DNA from: Phoronis australis
Taxonomy: Eukaryota; Animalia; Phoronida
Direction: 5' to 3'
NCBI GenBank assembly: GCA_002633005.1
Contig: NMRA01000174.1
Location: 265,754-329,753 of the forward strand
Length of the DNA: 64,000 nucleotides
The notes beneath the pieces are model-generated. The model had not been told where the DNA came from. It ran no database searches and saw only the letters and a program-made list of their open reading frames with translations. Positions 51,301-61,563 of the stretch are shown piece after piece (the stretch's first letter is position 1; each line of letters opens with the position of its first letter). A program made the translations under genes and the position numbers.

Positions 51301-54300
51301 TTTTGAGTAAAAACTCAAAAATCAAGTTCAGATTTGATCTTTTAGTTAGTTGTTTGTTCTTTTTCAGTCAGTAAGCACAGGTCTCAAAATTAGTCACGGC
51401 AAAGAACAGAACCAACTATGCTTTTTGGCCTAAACACAAACTAGTTACAAGAACTGAGAAGCAAGTAGATCGCTCATGTTACATAAATATGAAACCCCAA
51501 ATTTTCAACATACAATTACCAAACAACAACAACAACATAGCCCGGCCCCATTGAAATGCACCAGAACTGCATCATTATGCAACCAGCTGAATACACCAAT
51601 TAGGTTGCACTCGACATGTCAAGGTCAACCACTAATCGTTTCTTCCGGCGTTACTTAAAATAATTATGTACTTTTGAACAAGGAGCTCTGCGTTACCTGT
51701 GCATCGCGCTCCTCCAGCTCCCTCTTTAGTCGTAATCTTTCTTCTTTTTCCTCGCGTAACTTGCGCTCTAGCCTCAACTTTTCTACATCAACTTGGAGTT
51801 TTTTCTTCTCCTCGCTGTCTCCCTTCATACTAGCAAGACTACCAGGCATATCAAGGCACCATTTAGTACAAAATAGATATGAACCATGGCAATGAACCTA
51901 CAGTGATAGTATTCTATTTCATTTCACATTTAACCTGTACAATCAAAAACATCTAATTGAAAGAAAGATGGTGACACAAATACCAAATAAAAACGCAATG
52001 TGAAAATGGTGACATCTCAAATCTCCAATTCCAGTTTAAAAACTGTGCAGACTGGATCAACTAAAATAAAATAAAAAGATGCACTAATCTTCTATCATGA
52101 GACATTCACTACTCTCATCAACAGATTTTTTTCTCATGAATACAAATCTTTTCTTGCAAACTGTGTTTGCCATCTCATATACCTCAAGTCTTGTACTTGG
52201 TACTTACTATTAGCACATGGTAACTCATGCTTCCGGTCAGATTTCAAAAAGGATTGTAAGGTAAGAAAAGCATGTACGTTTGAAAGTGAAAAATTCCAGC
52301 TCATGACAAAAGAAACACAGCTTGCACGGAAGAAAAGAATGTCTTAAGTGATAAAACCCAAACGGTTTATGAGGAAGTGAGACTGTGCACTCTATGGATG
52401 TCCAAGTGTGTAATATGGTCAAGAATGATAAGCTCTCCACTGAACAGATTGAAAATTCCAACAGACTACACATCTCCATAACTGGAAGATTGTAACTGGT
52501 TTCATTCACATATGTTAACAAAACAATAAGCTGCATTGATCGAGATCACAAATTACGCATGATATACTGTTGAACTTTGCACACTCCAATGTACGCCACA
52601 AATATTCTAAGTGACCGATACTACAAGACTTCAACTCACCTTTGTTTTTCTTCTTCCAAGCTCTTCAGCTCATCGTTGATTGTTCTCTTCAACCTCATTA
52701 GATCTGCCACATCTTTCTCCTCCTTGTGTTTCAGCTCCTGTAATTTCTCCAGCTTTTCCTCATCAGTCTTTAATTGTGACACTCTGGCTTTGTGCTCTGA
52801 AATAATTCGCTCGAGTTCTTTGGCTTTTTGAGCCATCACATCAACACTGTCCGTACTTGTTTCTGGCACTGTATCCTTCGTCGAACTCACTTCCTGTTTT
52901 GGTTTCAGTGAACGTGATGGCACACCAGGAGTAGATGGTTTCTCTGTTGCTGGTGCATTCTGGGATATGTTGAGTTTACGATTCTCATCAAGTTCTATAT
53001 TTGTTGGTTTGTATTGTGTAACACTGGATTTACCAGATACATCTTGCAACTGTTCGCGAAGCTTTTCAAACAAACTCCCTCCATTTGGCTTTGCTTCTGG
53101 AGCTTTCTCAGAGTCAGAGACCGCATGAATGTCGTTGTTTACAGTTTTTACAGAAGGCTTTTTTGTGCGATCAAAATTAGGCTGTCCATTTTGTCTAGCA
53201 ACATTGTTAGGTACATCTTGACTGGAGATGACACCATTAGTGCTGCTCTCTGTTGGTTTTGGTTGAGGCTTCGCGCCAAACAGTTCGTCAAAATCAGGAT
53301 ATTCAAAGTTCACTGCAACAAAAGGTTACTCAGCAATCAGGAGCAGTGAGTTACAGAAATACTGTGCAGTACAATGGCATATTAGACACTTATACAACGC
53401 TGTGCAACACAATGGAATAGACACTTAAACAAAATCTAAATAAAAATTAAAATGACCAGGAAAACAAATTTCTTTCCAATTTAAGAAGACATAATTTTTC
53501 ATATCACTTGAAAGTTAAACTAATCCAGTGAATGCATATTGAAGGCTTAAGCAATCTAACCAGGACAATATTCTCTACACGCCTCTGTAGCAAAATGCAT
53601 ACAAGATCAAGCCAACCAAATTAATTATAATAAATTATCAAACTTCATAAAACAAATTATTTAANTTTTACAGAAGGCTTTTTTGTGCGATCAAAATTAG
53701 GCTGTCCATTTTGTCTAGCAACATTGTTAGGTATATCTTGACTGGAGATGACACCATTAGTGCTGCTCTCTGTTGGTTTTGGTTGAGGCTTCGCGCCAAA
53801 CAGTTCGTCAAAATCAGGATATTCAAAGTTCACTGCAACAAAAGGTTACTCAGCAATCAGGAGCAATGAGTTACAGAAATACTGTGCAGTACAATGGCAT
53901 ATTAGACACTTATACAACGCTGTGCAACACAATGGAATAGACACTTAAACAAAATCTAAATAAAAATTAAAATGACCAGGAAAACAAATTTCTTTCCAAT
54001 TTAAGAAGACATAATTTTTCATATCACTTGAAAGTTAAACTAATCCAGTGAATGCATATTGAAGGCTTAAGCAATCTAACCAGGACAATATTCTCTACAC
54101 GCCTCTGTAGCAAAATGCATACAAGATCAAGCCAACCAAATTAATTATAATAAATTATCAAACTTCATAAAACAAATTATTTAACCTACACGAGTCATCC
54201 TTCTTGGTCATCTGTTCATAACTAGGTGGTCTAGGTACATTGGCATTGGTGGTGAGTGTCGGATAATAAAGTAGCCAGTTCTCATAGCCTCCATCCAGCA

Positions 54301-57300
54301 CAAGTGGCTCCGATCGGATAACAGTATTTTGATCCCACTGACAAGAGAGACAGTATAGTTAGCAAGCCTTAAAGTAATGACCCAGAAGACAGTTCTTGTT
54401 GAGAATAATATTTTCAATTCAATTGTTTCTCACATCTGCAGTACTATAAGTCCGCCTTATGTCAAAAAAATTACTTTTGATTTAGGCTGCTGCCCATTGT
54501 AACTGGTCTCAAATTGCTCCTTACTCAGATGAGTAGTGGGGAGGAATGAGTTGAGGAAAGTTTAGACTGCAAGCTCAAAGAATGTGCCCTTTTAATAATG
54601 TAAGAGTTGTCCAGATATCATTAATTCAATTTCTGACCAGTGTATAAAACGCATTTTTTGAAAATATTAACAACTGATCAAGTACACATTAGTCTTAAAT
54701 TTTTCAATGTACCACTTGAAATAAGTGACAATTTCCTGGCAAACCAGAACCCATCCTTCTTGCCCAAGCTAATAGGAGACTTTTCATATTTGCACTCTCT
54801 AGAGTAATGAGAGTGCAAATGTGACTTCCAATTTGTCCCGCCTCAGATTTAGTAGACAGAAATTCAAATTCAATAACTACATTGCAGTTCATAAATAGAA
54901 AAGCAAAGGAATAAATTCCACTGTCAGTCACTCCCAGTGTTTGATTAAGGTAGTTAAAGTTCGCTAATTTATTATAGCATTTTGACACTGTCTGGAATCG
55001 AAATTATCTTCTTGTATCAGCAGCAGCCACTGGCAATGGTACATCCCACCACACAGCAGTGAAAATTTGCCGGCCTTATAATAGTAAGCAAAGGTGTCAA
55101 AACGCTGCTTATACCAGTAGGTTGAAACCTCTCGTCCACATTACATGGGATCTGTAGGTGGCGCTGAATGCCTGCCCACCAAAAACCTAACCAACGTCTG
55201 GCAGGTTAGTGAATTTCAGTATGGCATGGCTATTTTGAAAATCAACTGTTATCCATATCCCCTCAGGTCAGCATTCACGCTCAACTTAAAACCCACCACA
55301 AAATTTTCACAACATTTTCTTTCAAATGCCCGTGTCTAACACATCATCCAGCCTCTTGATTTTTACTGTTCAATTTTACTATTCTGGGCACTGATGCCCT
55401 CAACTGTTGCCTACCTTGAACATAGCATCCTTCAGTGCCCGGAGAGGTGTTCCTAGACTAGCATCACTAGCAGAGCCCTGCCAGTCTAGCAGAGCAATCT
55501 GGTCTACTGAGCCTCTCTGGGACCACAGATCAACAGAGTTCTCTGGCAGGTTTTTCTCAATGTCTTTCACCATACAACTAAAAAACCAACATAATCTTAG
55601 TGACTCGATACATTTTTGATGACAGGTGCTTTTGCACTTACGAAGCTCAATATAAATGCCGTAATATATGTAGTTCATTACTTTCATTTTGTTAATAAAT
55701 GTGCATTATTGAATATAATAACCGCACATTTTCAAATCTGAGAAGTAGGGAACTCCTGACTCAGGCTGGGAGAATTTGATGATTTAATATCTTAAATACA
55801 GAATCGGTCATAGTAACGTTCATTTCAATTTAAATGTTAGAGGGCATCTCACTTAATAAGTACTGTACACTGTTCTTCCACAAAACCCTTGACAACAACA
55901 CAAAAGTACAACTAGCCTAAAATTTCTATTGTTTGACTTTTTATTGCTAAAAAATAAAACAACTAAAAATCAAATGGACATTACCAAGGCATCATATTTG
56001 CAAGGACTGTTCAAGACACTGATATCAGCCTTTTGCAGTTTAGTTTTCGAAAAATTTCCAGCTTGGATGCTGCAATATCATTACTAGTCTACAAACAGCA
56101 AACACAAGTGGCAACTTACCCAGGTGGGATAATATCAGCTGGCATGTTGATGACAGATCTATGATTAATGTGGGATGCCTGAAACTGGTCAGCAGGCCTG
56201 ATGTCCATGATGATGAGACTGGAGTCATCTTGAAGTAGCGTGTAGAGCTGTTCTACTGATATTGAACCTGGCTTTGCTGGAGCTGGAAAATAACAGTTAG
56301 ATGGTGTCACTGACAGCTGTCTCTAACATACACTCACCTACACAGCATTACAGTTAGATATTGTCAGTGACAAATGTCTCTATCACAAAGCAACCAACAA
56401 GAACATCTTCAAAAATTTTTTTCCATCTACACTACTTTCCTGAGATTTTGAATACATTGATTGACTTTTCTTCTTTTGTCTACATGACTCAATTCCCCAA
56501 CACAAACTAAATTCATTCTAGTCAAACGTGGAATTAAATATCACTTCCAATATCAGAAGAACCCTACCTTTTTGAACAGGTACTTTTTCCTCTTTATCTT
56601 TTTCTTCCTGTTTTTCTCGCTCCTTTTCTTTTTCTTCTTTTTCCCTTTGTTCTTGTGCCTTCTTTGAATTCTCTTGCATCTGATCCATTCTCTCTGAGTA
56701 GATATAAAGTTGTGGAATTAGAGATATCAGATTACACATATACCGTATTCGCCCTAATAAGTGCCCAGGGCGCTTCGAAAAATTCATTTCAGTGGGGGCC
56801 TTATTGTAGCCTAAGGCGGTTGAAGCCTGGTCTCCCAAACGGGTGAAATCGGAAGATAGGATTCATCAAATTTACGCTCTGAGACGAATCTGTAACCTTT
56901 GACACTTTCCACAAAATTGAGGTGCATTGCTATCGAACATCGTTAAATTACGATCATTTTTCAGAAAATTGTCCTGAAATCCCAGGGCAAAAACTTGCCA
57001 ACTGATACGTTGCTGCCTCGCGATTGTGGATAAGGCAATTTGAATTCTTGAATAAAAATAGTTTCGACTCCACAAATTACTTAAAATCCTCCTCAAGTTT
57101 TTCAAATAGCGTCCCTAAGATTTTTAAGTTCCTGTGGAGTTGGGTTTAACTGCAGATTAAGTCCAAATCTGCGCTAGATCGTACCCCGCAACAAGAGAAA
57201 AATCTCTTGACAAACACACATGTTGTAGTCACCTGACGTTTGTTTTGAAGTTCGTCTGCGTGTGTGGGTGAGCGAGCGCTTGCGTGTCATCAGAGTTCAT

Positions 57301-60300
57301 TTGCCAGAGTAAACGCAATGCAATGATCTAGGTGTGCATTGTAACCAAAGAAGTTAACCAAAGCAGTAAAGCAGAAAGTGTTTTATTTAGCACTTGCTGG
57401 TCTCATCTGCTAAAAAGTTTGAGAATTGTCTGATATTAAATGTCATTGAGTCGTCGGTGACTGGATGCGTGACAGTCAAACAGTTATTTTCCAGGAGATT
57501 CCGGGTGTAAGGGTGCACATGACAGTCGAACAGTTATTTTCCAGGAGATTCGGGGTGTAAGGGTGCGGAAGTGTTCACTATCAGTGGGTCACTTTGACTT
57601 TAAAAACACCTATTATGATTAATTAAATAATCAATCTTAAAAATAACGCAAAATTTTTTATAGTATTAGAAACTTTTGGAAATTAGTGCCAATATTTCTT
57701 TCTTTCTGATGCTATGCTACCCGTTTCATGAATAGATGGTTCCCAACTAAATGCCTTTGATAACAGGTACATGTATGTAGTGCGCGCTTCATGGCCACGT
57801 GCTTTTAACAATGATCAAGTTTTGTATTAGTCTTCGATTCGCAGTTTTCACGACATGTACAAAGAAATCTGGATTCTCGTTGACAAATACGCTGCGTCTG
57901 TTCTGAAAGGCCAGACCATAGTGGGACACATTTCTTGCAAGATCAGCAAAACTTTTGCGTTCTTTTTGAAGCACGGTGGAAGTTTGAAGTGTATAGTCAT
58001 GGATAAATACAGACATAGCGACGAGGCTCGTGGTCTACAAATTCTGCACGCAATGATGTTTTCAGGCTTGCTGGATCTTATTGATAAATTGAAGACGCTA
58101 CTGTAGAATTTTAGAACTGTTGATAAGGCATTTTTGCATGTGCACGTTCATGGACTGGGCGCTTATTTTAGCGAAGTCTGAAAACGCGTGGGGGGTACTT
58201 ATAGGGGCATGGGCGCTTATTAGGGCAAATACAGTATGTTGCCTACCACGATCTCAAAACTTACAAATCGGTGTATGAACAGATGAAATCCATGCATGAT
58301 AGCTGTGTGCACTTCACAATATACAGCAATTAGAAACACTAAATGGGGTAAACCCAACAAAATATGAGAAGAGTGCAACCTTGCTTGTAAGACTTGTTCT
58401 CACTATGCAACTGACTAAATGTACACAGCGTAATTGGATCTCAAAGATCAAGACCATATCACCTTAAAGGGTAACCTGGAATGACACAATCCTTAAACCT
58501 TTCTCAACAAAACATTCTAGAATTCACTTGAAAAAAAACAGACAGGTTTAAATACAGGGCACTGGAAGAATCACAATCATTACAGCAGTTAGTTAACATT
58601 ATAGCCAGCGACTACCAGTCTCATAACAAAAGAAAACGTTTCACTCAGGGCTGTTTTAGATTGCAAAATGATGTTCACTTGCAATTAAAACCAATGGGCC
58701 ACAAACACACATATATCATTATAATTGATGTTATAATCATTTACCAAAATAACTGTGATGAACAAACCTCTCAACTCCTTGGCTTCCCGATACTCATAAC
58801 GATTCTTCAGCGACTTCTGCAGTTTCTCAGCTTCCTCAATAGCATACATGGCTTCTTTGTTTGTGAGCATTCCATTGATATAACCCTGAAACAAAAGAAC
58901 AAAGAAAACAAAGTTTAAACTAACATTAAAATAAAAATTTAGTTAATCTTAAATTAAATACAGCAACGACTAGACCATCTTAATTTTCAAACCATTAAGG
59001 GTTCTTGAAAATTATTTGTTCTCAACTGATGGGAATAAAATTTAACCTTCACATGGTCTGCTTGATGTACTGTGACTTTTGATATCATAATTAATATACA
59101 AAATAGAACCGACTATTAAAAATTGTACCCCAAAATGAGCCAAAAGCTTTATATCTGCGTATATTGAGATCAGCAAACATCATTTTTGCTTTCTTAACTC
59201 ACAATTTAAATGAGGTAAATGAAGACCGACTTGCCATTTTTTCCCTTAATTTCACCTATAACACCAAAGTCAGAAGGCACAGTTGCATCAAACAGCCAAC
59301 CTTAACTGGCAATATGGTCATACCTCGTTTTTCTTATAGTCACTGCAGCTTTTCACAGCCTTCCTCAAGTTAAAGTATCTCATGAAGAGGACATAGGCTC
59401 GTTCCTCATCGCCAGACTTCAGGGCTTGTTCACCAGCATCAAACACTTTTCCAGCTGACTTCACCAGTCTACAAATATCGCATGCAATTTTGATAATGTC
59501 GTGTGACTTGCACATGCTACAAAGCATGAAATGTATGATAGAAAATTTACTAAGTTTCAGGCACCATAAAGCATATATGTGCATAAATATTTTCCTAAAA
59601 ACTTGGGTTCAGGCCTTCAATTTTGAAAAATAATTAACTGGGTACTAATACTTTGCAACAATGGTTTACACATTCAAAAAAGGAAATTTAAAACACATCT
59701 GAAATAATGAAAAATTTCATCTCTTTTTTCTACCAAGGTTTAATGATCAACATGAAGGATTTTTAAAAAAACATTAATGTTACTAATACAATTACTGTGA
59801 GGTCTTAAGAGTCTTTGTGACCAAGATCAGGCATGTTAACTCTCATTTACCTACAGTTTTATGAAGCAAAAGAGAATTGTTTTGTTTATGCAAGTTATCA
59901 ATGACTTGGAACTACCTTAATATAGGAAATCGTAAACTGGTAGTAAAAAGATGATATACCGGTAAAAGCTGACAGCCAGCACATGTGATATCCTTGCATA
60001 CTTCTTCAGTGGTACATGATTGTGATCAACACGGTAGTCTAAGTAAGAACTGTTAGTCATCAAACACACCATATATTGGTCACATCCTGTGACCTATAGT
60101 TAAGTTTGAAAAGATCTCTGTCGCGACCAGGTTTCCAACTAGCGACTTTCTGCTAGCCGTGCAGACGCTCTAGTCCACCATCGCTCAATTATAGAAAATC
60201 CAGTCAGGATTAGGAAAAAGCATTTTACCCAACCTTGGGAGTGCATATAAATGCATAAGTCACTAAAATGTGGAATGTAGGAGGACTAATAATTCTTACT

Positions 60301-61198
60301 TATAGGATATCAACATGCTGGTTTATAATAGCACAATTATAACAGGGTAGTCGTTTTGTACCAAATCGTACACCTTTAGCTAACAAATCACAGAAATTTG
60401 ATGAAAGGTCAGTACGCTGGGTCTGGTGTGGTGTTCTTTTCAAAAATGTGTCAGCGAACTTAGTAGTGCGGTAAGTCCTCACATATTTAGCACACAACAT
60501 GGCTGACAAGCGAAACTCTTTATTGTCAAATTTCTCCGCAGAAACAAAGATTAAAAAAATTATGATCTGTTACTTAATACAGCCTGTACTGCATGGCCGT
60601 CATAAAACTGTACTTGGTAAAGTTCATATACTGTTTCCAGAAATGTTATCATCCATCCAGGAATGGAAAAATTTGAATTTTAGCAGTTATTTTTTGAGTG
60701 AAAAAAGCGGAGAATGACCATTCACCTTACCTCACTTAACTCGTCAACAAAAATGATGCCTTATCTGAGTGACGACTTATATACAAGTATGGACAAGTAA
60801 TCAGGAATGAGGTAAAAGCGCTGACTGATGCAAACTGACAAGTTATGTAATGATGAGTTAAGCAAGGTAGCGTGTATAAAAATTATTTCCCAAATCTCAA
60901 AATTCACAGTTCTGACTGTAAGAACTCCCACTTTTCTACATTACAATGGAGCAAGGGGTTCAAGCATTATTTTGGTCCCACACTGTTGAAAACAAAAAAC
61001 TTGCATGGATACATAACAGTAAACAATGTCATGAACACACTTTTAATTTTCAAAATAACATGGTGACCAGGAAATCTGTGCATCCAACTTCACTTACACT
61101 CTTGAACTGGTGTTCTTTGGAGTTGGTGATTTGTCAACCAGAGCATTGAGCTCGGTCATGTTTTTTGACATGTACAGGTCGACTTTCGATGTAGACAT
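33675..61198 (-). CDS. USP8: Ubiquitin carboxyl-terminal hydrolase 8 (USP8/UBPY), 24 coding exons, 3954 nt, 1317 aa
   Basis: MIT domain ([13 protein letters not shown]), rhodanese domain ([24 protein letters not shown]), RxxKP SH3 ligands, coiled coil, WW, RSNSTP, USP Cys box [52 protein letters not shown]. All introns GT-AG with consistent phases. Confidence 0.95.
34154..34242 (-). CDS. USP8: USP8 coding exon 23
   Basis: (Y)TAICRN...[10 protein letters not shown]...DIK. Confidence 0.93.
35430..35675 (-). mobile_element. tRNA-like module enclosed by 37-bp inverted repeats
   Basis: Arms 35430-35466 and 35639-35675 (2 mismatches); minus-strand A box TGGCTCCGTGG, arm TCTGC-ATGGCTT-GCAGA, B box GGTTCGAGTAC, TTTT terminator. 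Confidence 0.75.
35711..35997. mobile_element. MITE with ~50-bp TIRs
   Basis: TTCATGAAAGTGACTTAAGACTAAAGACAGAAATTTGGTCTT / AAGACCAAATTTCTATCTAAGTTTTAAGTCACTTTCATGAA. Confidence 0.8.
36117..36150 (-). CDS. USP8: USP8 coding exon 22 (34-nt His-box micro-exon)
   Basis: TTTCAG|[11 protein letters not shown](Y)|GTAAGT; the only candidate I found that bridges phase 0 to phase 1 and supplies GHY. Confidence 0.82.
36796..36928 (-). CDS. USP8: USP8 coding exon 21
   Basis: [11 protein letters not shown]...VDFPL...YNLYALS. Confidence 0.93.
37591..37733 (-). CDS. USP8: USP8 coding exon 20
   Basis: DSLNLF...WHCPSC...[12 protein letters not shown]. Confidence 0.93.
39488..39604 (-). CDS. USP8: USP8 coding exon 19
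   Basis: [12 protein letters not shown]...FMYLTLPLP...CTLQ. Confidence 0.93.
40095..40217 (-). CDS. USP8: USP8 coding exon 18
   Basis: VKIRQRLP...[18 protein letters not shown]. Confidence 0.92.
40360..40965. repeat. 21-bp minisatellite (AAATGGGAAGTAAGGACCTAC), ~20 good copies plus decayed flanks; partly repeated at 41871-42140
   Basis: Direct tandem array in a USP8 intron. Confidence 0.93.
40699..42742. other. Duplicated segment across a 321-N gap (40699-41549 vs 41871-42742), probably two haplotypes
   Basis: High identity with scattered substitutions and an (ATCA)n length difference; N run 41550-41870; includes a partial second copy of USP8 exon 17. Confidence 0.8.
42675..42779 (-). CDS. 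USP8: USP8 coding exon 17
   Basis: [10 protein letters not shown]...[21 protein letters not shown]. Confidence 0.93.
43538..43643 (-). CDS. USP8: USP8 coding exon 16
   Basis: [15 protein letters not shown]...LWSGQY...SLK. Confidence 0.92.
44292..44422 (-). CDS. USP8: USP8 coding exon 15 (Cys box)
   Basis: [23 protein letters not shown]...DIN. Confidence 0.95.
47203..47296 (-). CDS. USP8: USP8 coding exon 14
   Basis: RTQPAEP...[12 protein letters not shown]. Confidence 0.88.
47708..47867 (-). CDS. USP8: USP8 coding exon 13 (14-3-3 and SH3 motifs)
   Basis: [10 protein letters not shown]...PKVNRAVKP. Confidence 0.9.
48172..48260. repeat. (CA)n/(CACG)n microsatellite
   Basis: Direct run. Confidence 0.92.
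48998..49193 (-). CDS. USP8: USP8 coding exon 12 (WW domain)
   Basis: [31 protein letters not shown]. Confidence 0.85.
49999..50530 (-). CDS. USP8: USP8 coding exon 11 (charged repeat)
   Basis: KQQADVEEK...([10 protein letters not shown])n...EEEKR; GTAAGT donor. Confidence 0.88.
50858..51000 (-). CDS. USP8: USP8 coding exon 10 (coiled coil)
   Basis: [12 protein letters not shown]...QEEDRK; phases 0/2 fit. Confidence 0.82.
51112..51345. mobile_element. Older, truncated relative of the 30210-30610 MITE
   Basis: Collinear similarity with 30211-30430 (TCTAAT.TTTGTA.TCGAA, GTTTATGCAT, CAAGTTTGC.CTTGA.GACCC, GAGTAAAAACTCAAAA). Confidence 0.6.
51697..51838 (-). CDS. USP8: USP8 coding exon 9 (coiled coil)
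   Basis: [13 protein letters not shown]...EERDAQ. Confidence 0.82.
52640..53312 (-). CDS. USP8: USP8 coding exon 8
   Basis: NFEYPDF...PNFDRTKKP...PSRSLKP...EEEKQ; GTGAGT donor. Confidence 0.9.
53146..54184. other. 519-bp tandem duplication around a single N (53146-53664 vs 53666-54184), probable allelic overlap
   Basis: Identical except two substitutions that I could see; N at 53665. Confidence 0.85.
54190..54337 (-). CDS. USP8: USP8 coding exon 7 (rhodanese)
   Basis: [26 protein letters not shown]... Confidence 0.88.
55415..55577 (-). CDS. USP8: USP8 coding exon 6 (rhodanese)
   Basis: [11 protein letters not shown]...LLDW...[10 protein letters not shown]. Confidence 0.9.
56120..56282 (-). 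CDS. USP8: USP8 coding exon 5 (rhodanese)
   Basis: [13 protein letters not shown]...IIMDIRP...IIPPG. Confidence 0.9.
56568..56693 (-). CDS. USP8: USP8 coding exon 4
   Basis: [11 protein letters not shown]...VPVQK; phases 1/1 fit. Confidence 0.82.
56743..58234. mobile_element. Non-autonomous Tc1/mariner-superfamily (Tc2/pogo-type) DNA transposon, 1492 bp
   Basis: TA flanks; TIR CCGTATTCGCCCTAATAAGTGCCCA vs reverse complement CTGTATTTGCCCTAATAAGCGCCCA; GGGCGCTTATT subterminal repeats; internal ~50-bp tandem duplication at ~57470-57566. Confidence 0.85.
57811..58106 (+). pseudogene. Decayed HIRAN-like domain gene inside the transposon
   Basis: [21 protein letters not shown]....[10 protein letters not shown]....FFLKHGG.....GLQI matches, from memory, the stand-alone HIRAN pattern RGFHVYK.IW...N..D.YAVAV...VGH.P..IS...FL..GG...GLEIP. 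Frameshift near the start and a deletion after IW. Confidence 0.65.
58768..58885 (-). CDS. USP8: USP8 coding exon 3 (MIT)
   Basis: GYINGML...[17 protein letters not shown]. Confidence 0.88.
59324..59468 (-). CDS. USP8: USP8 coding exon 2 (MIT)
   Basis: LVKSAGKVF...[14 protein letters not shown]...YKKNE. Confidence 0.92.
60041..60301 (-). mobile_element. Older copy of the inverted-repeat/tRNA-like family at 35430-35675
   Basis: Shared TGAAAAGATCTCTG..CGACCAG, TCTGC.AGCC.TGCAGACGCTCTAG and AAAATCCA.TC segments; degenerate arms AAGTAAGAA.T.TTAGTC / GACTAATAATTCTTACTT. Confidence 0.65.
61098..61198 (-). CDS. USP8: USP8 coding exon 1
   Basis: [18 protein letters not shown]...; GTAAGT donor; acceptor upstream at 61230. 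Confidence 0.85.
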
Positions 61199-61361
61199 TC
61201 TGGGAATCAGTTGACCACAAAGCAAAAATCTGAAAAAGAAAATAGCATGTATTTGTGAACTTTACTTCTAAAATCTATTAATCTATTTAAACCAACTTCT
61301 TACCTATGGTCATTTCTTCAGCCATCTTCAGGTGTCACACCACTCTTAGAAAAATGAACTC

Positions 61362-61563
61362 AGGTATGTGGTAGAGTCATAGTAGTCAACGAGCAATTAT
61401 TATCAAACTTTTTGCACACGATGGAATTTGAACCAGGAACCTTTTGGTTCTCAGTCCATACTCAATCGCTAAACAGCTTAGTAATCCGAACTAACCAGCT
61501 GAAACGTCATACCGTATAATTGGTGTGAATTGATTTCCGAAATGATGTTCTACATCACCACCT
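61362..61563 (-). mobile_element. Decayed tRNA-derived repeat
   Basis: Minus-strand B box GGTTCAAATTCC (61423-61434), loop CTGAGAA, weak flanking inverted repeat. Confidence 0.45.
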
